Assembly (NCBI RefSeq): GCF_000423665.1
Contig: NZ_AUIK01000001.1
Span: 360,669 to 400,668, forward strand
DNA: 40,000 bases
From: Solirubrobacter soli DSM 22325
Lineage (GTDB): Bacteria; Actinomycetota; Thermoleophilia; Solirubrobacterales; Solirubrobacteraceae
Reading direction: 5' to 3'
Part shown: one piece after another, positions 37,245 to 40,000 of the stretch
How positions within the stretch are numbered: the first letter of the stretch is position 1
Layout: every line of letters starts with the position of its first letter
Notes under the pieces: model-generated
The model's input: only the letters and a program-made list of their open reading frames with translations
The model's database searches: none
What the model was told of the DNA's origin: nothing
Translations under genes and position numbers: made by a program

Positions 37245-38086
37245 CGCCGGCGAACTTCGGATCTCTCGAGGCACTCCTGGACCAGCTCGTCGTCACGGCG
37301 AGTCGTGACGTCGAGTCCGAACAGGAACGGTACTACCAGTCAGTCGCGTTCGACCGCGCACTGCGTCTACTTCGCGTAGCCGACGACGATCGGGAACGCG
37401 TCTTGTTCGAGACGCGTTTGCGCCTGGCGCTGCACCTGGCCCCACGCGATGCGATCGCCTACTCTCACGATAATCCTGTGCCTCGATGGCAACTCGTTCG
37501 AGACCACCTCGTGTCTCGGTACGGACGTCCGGCCGAACTCGCTGCCCCAGCCGCTCGTGGAATTGCTGTGGTTCTGGACAACTGGGACCGTGGGCGAGAC
37601 CCGGTGTCGTCTCGACGCGCTCTTCTAATACGGCGACATGGCCCAGTGTGTCGGCACTGCCACGTTCGGTTTGATGTCGAACCGGTCACGCTTGCGCATC
37701 TGGACGCGTACAAGCCGTATTTCCGATCTCCTGAGGAATTGCTCAGCCCTGAGGTCGATCACGTCGAAGCAATCAGCGCGATCGGTACCAACGAACTGCG
37801 GAATCTCCAGTTGCTGTGTCGACTCTGCAACGCCGGCAAAGGCGACGGACTTGGAATGGAGGTTCGTCACGAGGCGGCATTTGCAGGATATTCAGTGGAA
37901 CGGATCCCGACAGCGCATCTGGCCCGGTTAGTCTATTACGTCATCGACCGTGACAATCGGCATTGCACACAGTGCGACCGCGATGACCTCGAACTCACAA
38001 TCCGTCCAATCGTGGATACGGGCGGCGTCGTTCGCTCCAATCTGCGCACCGTTTGCGTCGCCTGTGGTGGTTCGTCGCCGGCGTAG
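37241..38086 (+). CDS. HNH (His-Me finger) endonuclease with second Cys4 module
   Basis: 281 aa with a GTG at 37241 (GTGA overlap with the DGQHR gene stop). 'CRHCH...EVDHVEAISAIGTNELRNLQLLCRLCNAGKGDG' has the CxxC ... DH ... N ... CxxC-N pattern. A downstream module 'RHCTQCDRDDLEL...SNLRTVCVACG' follows. Confidence 0.8.
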   Translation: MTPANFGSLEALLDQLVVTASRDVESEQERYYQSVAFDRALRLLRVADDDRERVLFETRLRLALHLAPRDAIAYSHDNPVPRWQLVRDHLVSRYGRPAELAAPAARGIAVVLDNWDRGRDPVSSRRALLIRRHGPVCRHCHVRFDVEPVTLAHLDAYKPYFRSPEELLSPEVDHVEAISAIGTNELRNLQLLCRLCNAGKGDGLGMEVRHEAAFAGYSVERIPTAHLARLVYYVIDRDNRHCTQCDRDDLELTIRPIVDTGGVVRSNLRTVCVACGGSSPA

Positions 38087-38664
38087 ATACGTGCCCACCT
38101 TCGGCGCCACACGTCCTAGGGATCGTTCGATACACAACCGCATCCCCGCCCGTTCGAAACACTTGACGACCGTCGACCTGCTCAACTCGGAGACTCACAG
38201 GCCAGTCGCTCATCAAGGCCAGAAGTGACTTGAGGGCATAGACCGCCGCCGACGGAACTCTCTTGGGCCATCTGCGCACTTGTCTCGGACCCCTCGTCGC
38301 CGCGTCCTTGTAGGCGTCTCTCGCGTGGCCGATGCGTTGCGCCGGCCCACATGTGCGCCGACGGGTCGGAGGTGCCTACAGGGGTCACTGCGCGACGTGA
38401 CTTGACGACCACGGGCGCCGTTCAGTTGAACTCACTCGCGCCGGACGATCCATTGGTCGACAGGCACAACCAACCGGCCCGGCTCGCGATTCGCGTTTTC
38501 TGCACAGAGATCAGCGTCGAAGCCGACCCTCCAGACGACGACGTCTGCACGACCCTGATTGGAGTCGTCGGCGGCGGACGTGCAGCAGTCGCCGAGATCG
38601 CGGCGACGATCGTAGCCGGTGCTCCGCAGCGACGAAGGTCCCCTGCGTGCGGGCCTTTGCGGGA

Positions 38665-38737
<73 letters not shown>

Positions 38738-38759
38738 GTGCGGGGAAGCAGGGTAGCGC

Positions 38760-39953
38760 CTAGAGAGCGGCGAGGCGATCTGCGATGACGCGGGCGATCG
38801 CCAGGGACGAGGTTGCGGCCGGGGATGGGGCGTTGCGGACGTGGAGGACGCCGAGGGATTCGGCGAAGGCGAAGTCGTCTAACAGCTTGCCTTCTCGGGT
38901 GACGGCCTGGGCTCGGACGCCGGCGGGGCCGGGCTCGACGTCGGACGGTTTCAACGAAGGGACGTAGGCTGCGCACGCGTCTACGAACGACCTTCGGTTC
39001 ATAGCGAAGCGGAGTTCTGAGACGCCCGTGCGCCAGAACTTGCGGGCCAGTCGCCAGGTGCCTGGCCAGGTCAGGGTTGAGCGGGCGTCGGCGCGGTTGA
39101 AGGTACGCAGCGAGTACGCCGTGCGGGACGGGGCCAACAGCGCTGTGGGGCCGAGCCAGACCTCGCCGCTCACGGTCTTGGTCAGGTGGACGCCGAGGAA
39201 CGGCAGCGCGGGATCGGGGACTGGGTAGATCAGACCGCGAACCAACTCGGGGCGGCGCAATCGCAGATAGCCGCCTCGGAAGGGGACGATGCGCAGGTCG
39301 TCCGGTTCGCCGGAGCGGACGGCCAGCCGGTCGGACCAGAGGCCCGCGCACGCGACGGCGCACGCCGCTGGGATCGCGCCCTCGGAGGTGTTGACGACCG
39401 TGACCCCGCCGTGGCGTTCGAAGCGCGACACGGACACGCCCGTCTGGATTGTCGCGCCCATCGCGCGCACATCCGCGGCGTAGGCCCTCGCGACCGCGGC
39501 GAAGTCGACAATGCCGGTCGAAGGCGAATGGAGGGCGGCGACGCCGACGGCGTGCGGTTCGATCTCCGCGATCTCACCCGAAGAGAGACGGCGGAGGCCC
39601 GGGACGCTGTTCGCGACGGCGCGGCGTTCAAGTTCACCGAGGGCCGGGACCTCGGATGCGTCGCGCGCGATGATCAGCTTGCCGCAGCGCTCGTAGGGCA
39701 CGCCCCGCTCGTCGCAGTACGCATAGAGCTTCTCGCGGCCCTCGGTACACAACTGCGCCTTCAGTGATCCGGGCGCGTAGTAGATGCCCGCGTGCACCAC
39801 ACCGGAGTTGTGGGACGTCTGGTGCGCGGCGATGTCCGGTTCGCGCTCGAGCACCAACACACGCGAGTCAGGGCGGCGCAGCAACAGCTCTCGGGCCGTC
39901 GCGAGGCCGAGGATGCCCGCGCCGACGACCACCACATCCCAGGGAGCCGTCAA
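38760..39953 (-). CDS. lhgO: FAD-dependent L-2-hydroxyglutarate oxidase-like oxidoreductase
   Basis: 397 aa with a TTG start at 39953 (TTGA overlap with the upstream stop). The Rossmann string is 'DVVVVGAGILGLATA'. 'QTSHNSGVVHAGIYYAPGSLKA' is typical of the LhgO/YgaF family. Confidence 0.75.
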   Translation of the reverse strand: MTAPWDVVVVGAGILGLATARELLLRRPDSRVLVLEREPDIAAHQTSHNSGVVHAGIYYAPGSLKAQLCTEGREKLYAYCDERGVPYERCGKLIIARDASEVPALGELERRAVANSVPGLRRLSSGEIAEIEPHAVGVAALHSPSTGIVDFAAVARAYAADVRAMGATIQTGVSVSRFERHGGVTVVNTSEGAIPAACAVACAGLWSDRLAVRSGEPDDLRIVPFRGGYLRLRRPELVRGLIYPVPDPALPFLGVHLTKTVSGEVWLGPTALLAPSRTAYSLRTFNRADARSTLTWPGTWRLARKFWRTGVSELRFAMNRRSFVDACAAYVPSLKPSDVEPGPAGVRAQAVTREGKLLDDFAFAESLGVLHVRNAPSPAATSSLAIARVIADRLAAL

Positions 39954-40000
39954 TGAATCGCGACTTCGTCGACGCCGCCGGCGCCTTCGAGGAAGTCGAA
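39950..40000 (-). CDS. 3-prime end of an unidentified gene running in from outside the window
   Basis: The minus-strand frame is open from nt 40000 and reads '...FDFLEGAGGVDEVAIH*'. The stop TGA at 39950-39952 overlaps the TTG of the next gene. The fragment is too short to identify. Confidence 0.3.
   Translation of the reverse strand, partial: FDFLEGAGGVDEVAIH

Larger units (their letters stand above)
10897..38664. mobile_element. putative tRNA-Thr-adjacent genomic (defence) island; borders approximate, no intact integrase seen
   Basis: The region has lower spot GC than the flanks. Its right end abuts the 3-prime end of tRNA-Thr, and its left end starts with an excisionase-family HTH gene. 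The content is entirely a DNA-modification/restriction system. No att direct repeat could be found by eye. Confidence 0.45.

Overview
High-GC, actinobacterial-type chromosomal segment. This is judged from codon style, leaderless-looking starts and a Thermoleophilia/Actinomycetota-like surface protein, and no taxon can be proven from the sequence. Spot GC counts on single 60-nt lines give 40/60 (nt 1-60), 42/60 (9001-9060) and 48/60 (39301-39360) in the flanks. Inside 11-38 kb the counts are 34/60 (17581-17640), 39/60 (25801-25860) and 32/60 (36541-36600). Layout: (i) 1-6.4 kb holds ordinary or accessory genes: an IclR fragment, DUF2461, two sulfite-oxidase-family molybdoenzymes, TetR, an SDR, and two HExxH proteins sharing an unusual N-terminal leader. 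(ii) 6.5-10.9 kb is one 1459-aa secreted protein built from about 4.5 tandem 211-212-aa repeats. (iii) 11.26-38.09 kb is a lower-GC, almost spacer-free island next to tRNA-Thr(GGU). It carries a complete Dpd-type 7-deazaguanine DNA modification/restriction system. The plus-strand operon is HTH-queC-queE-queD-folE2-dpdC-like-dpdA-dpdB-wHTH. The convergent 18-kb minus-strand operon has eight genes: an SNF2 helicase, a RecQ-like helicase, a 290-aa protein, a P-loop ATPase, a 239-aa protein, a DEVH helicase, a PLD nuclease and a 729-aa protein. The island also carries an extra, divergently transcribed two-gene module, a second DGQHR/DndB-DpdB-family paralogue translationally coupled to an HNH nuclease. 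To my knowledge this module is not part of the described dpdA-K set, and it is my best candidate for an undescribed component. (iv) 38.67-40 kb holds tRNA-Thr, an L-2-hydroxyglutarate-oxidase-like gene and the tail of one more gene. All functional calls rest on motif recognition by eye, and no database search was run.
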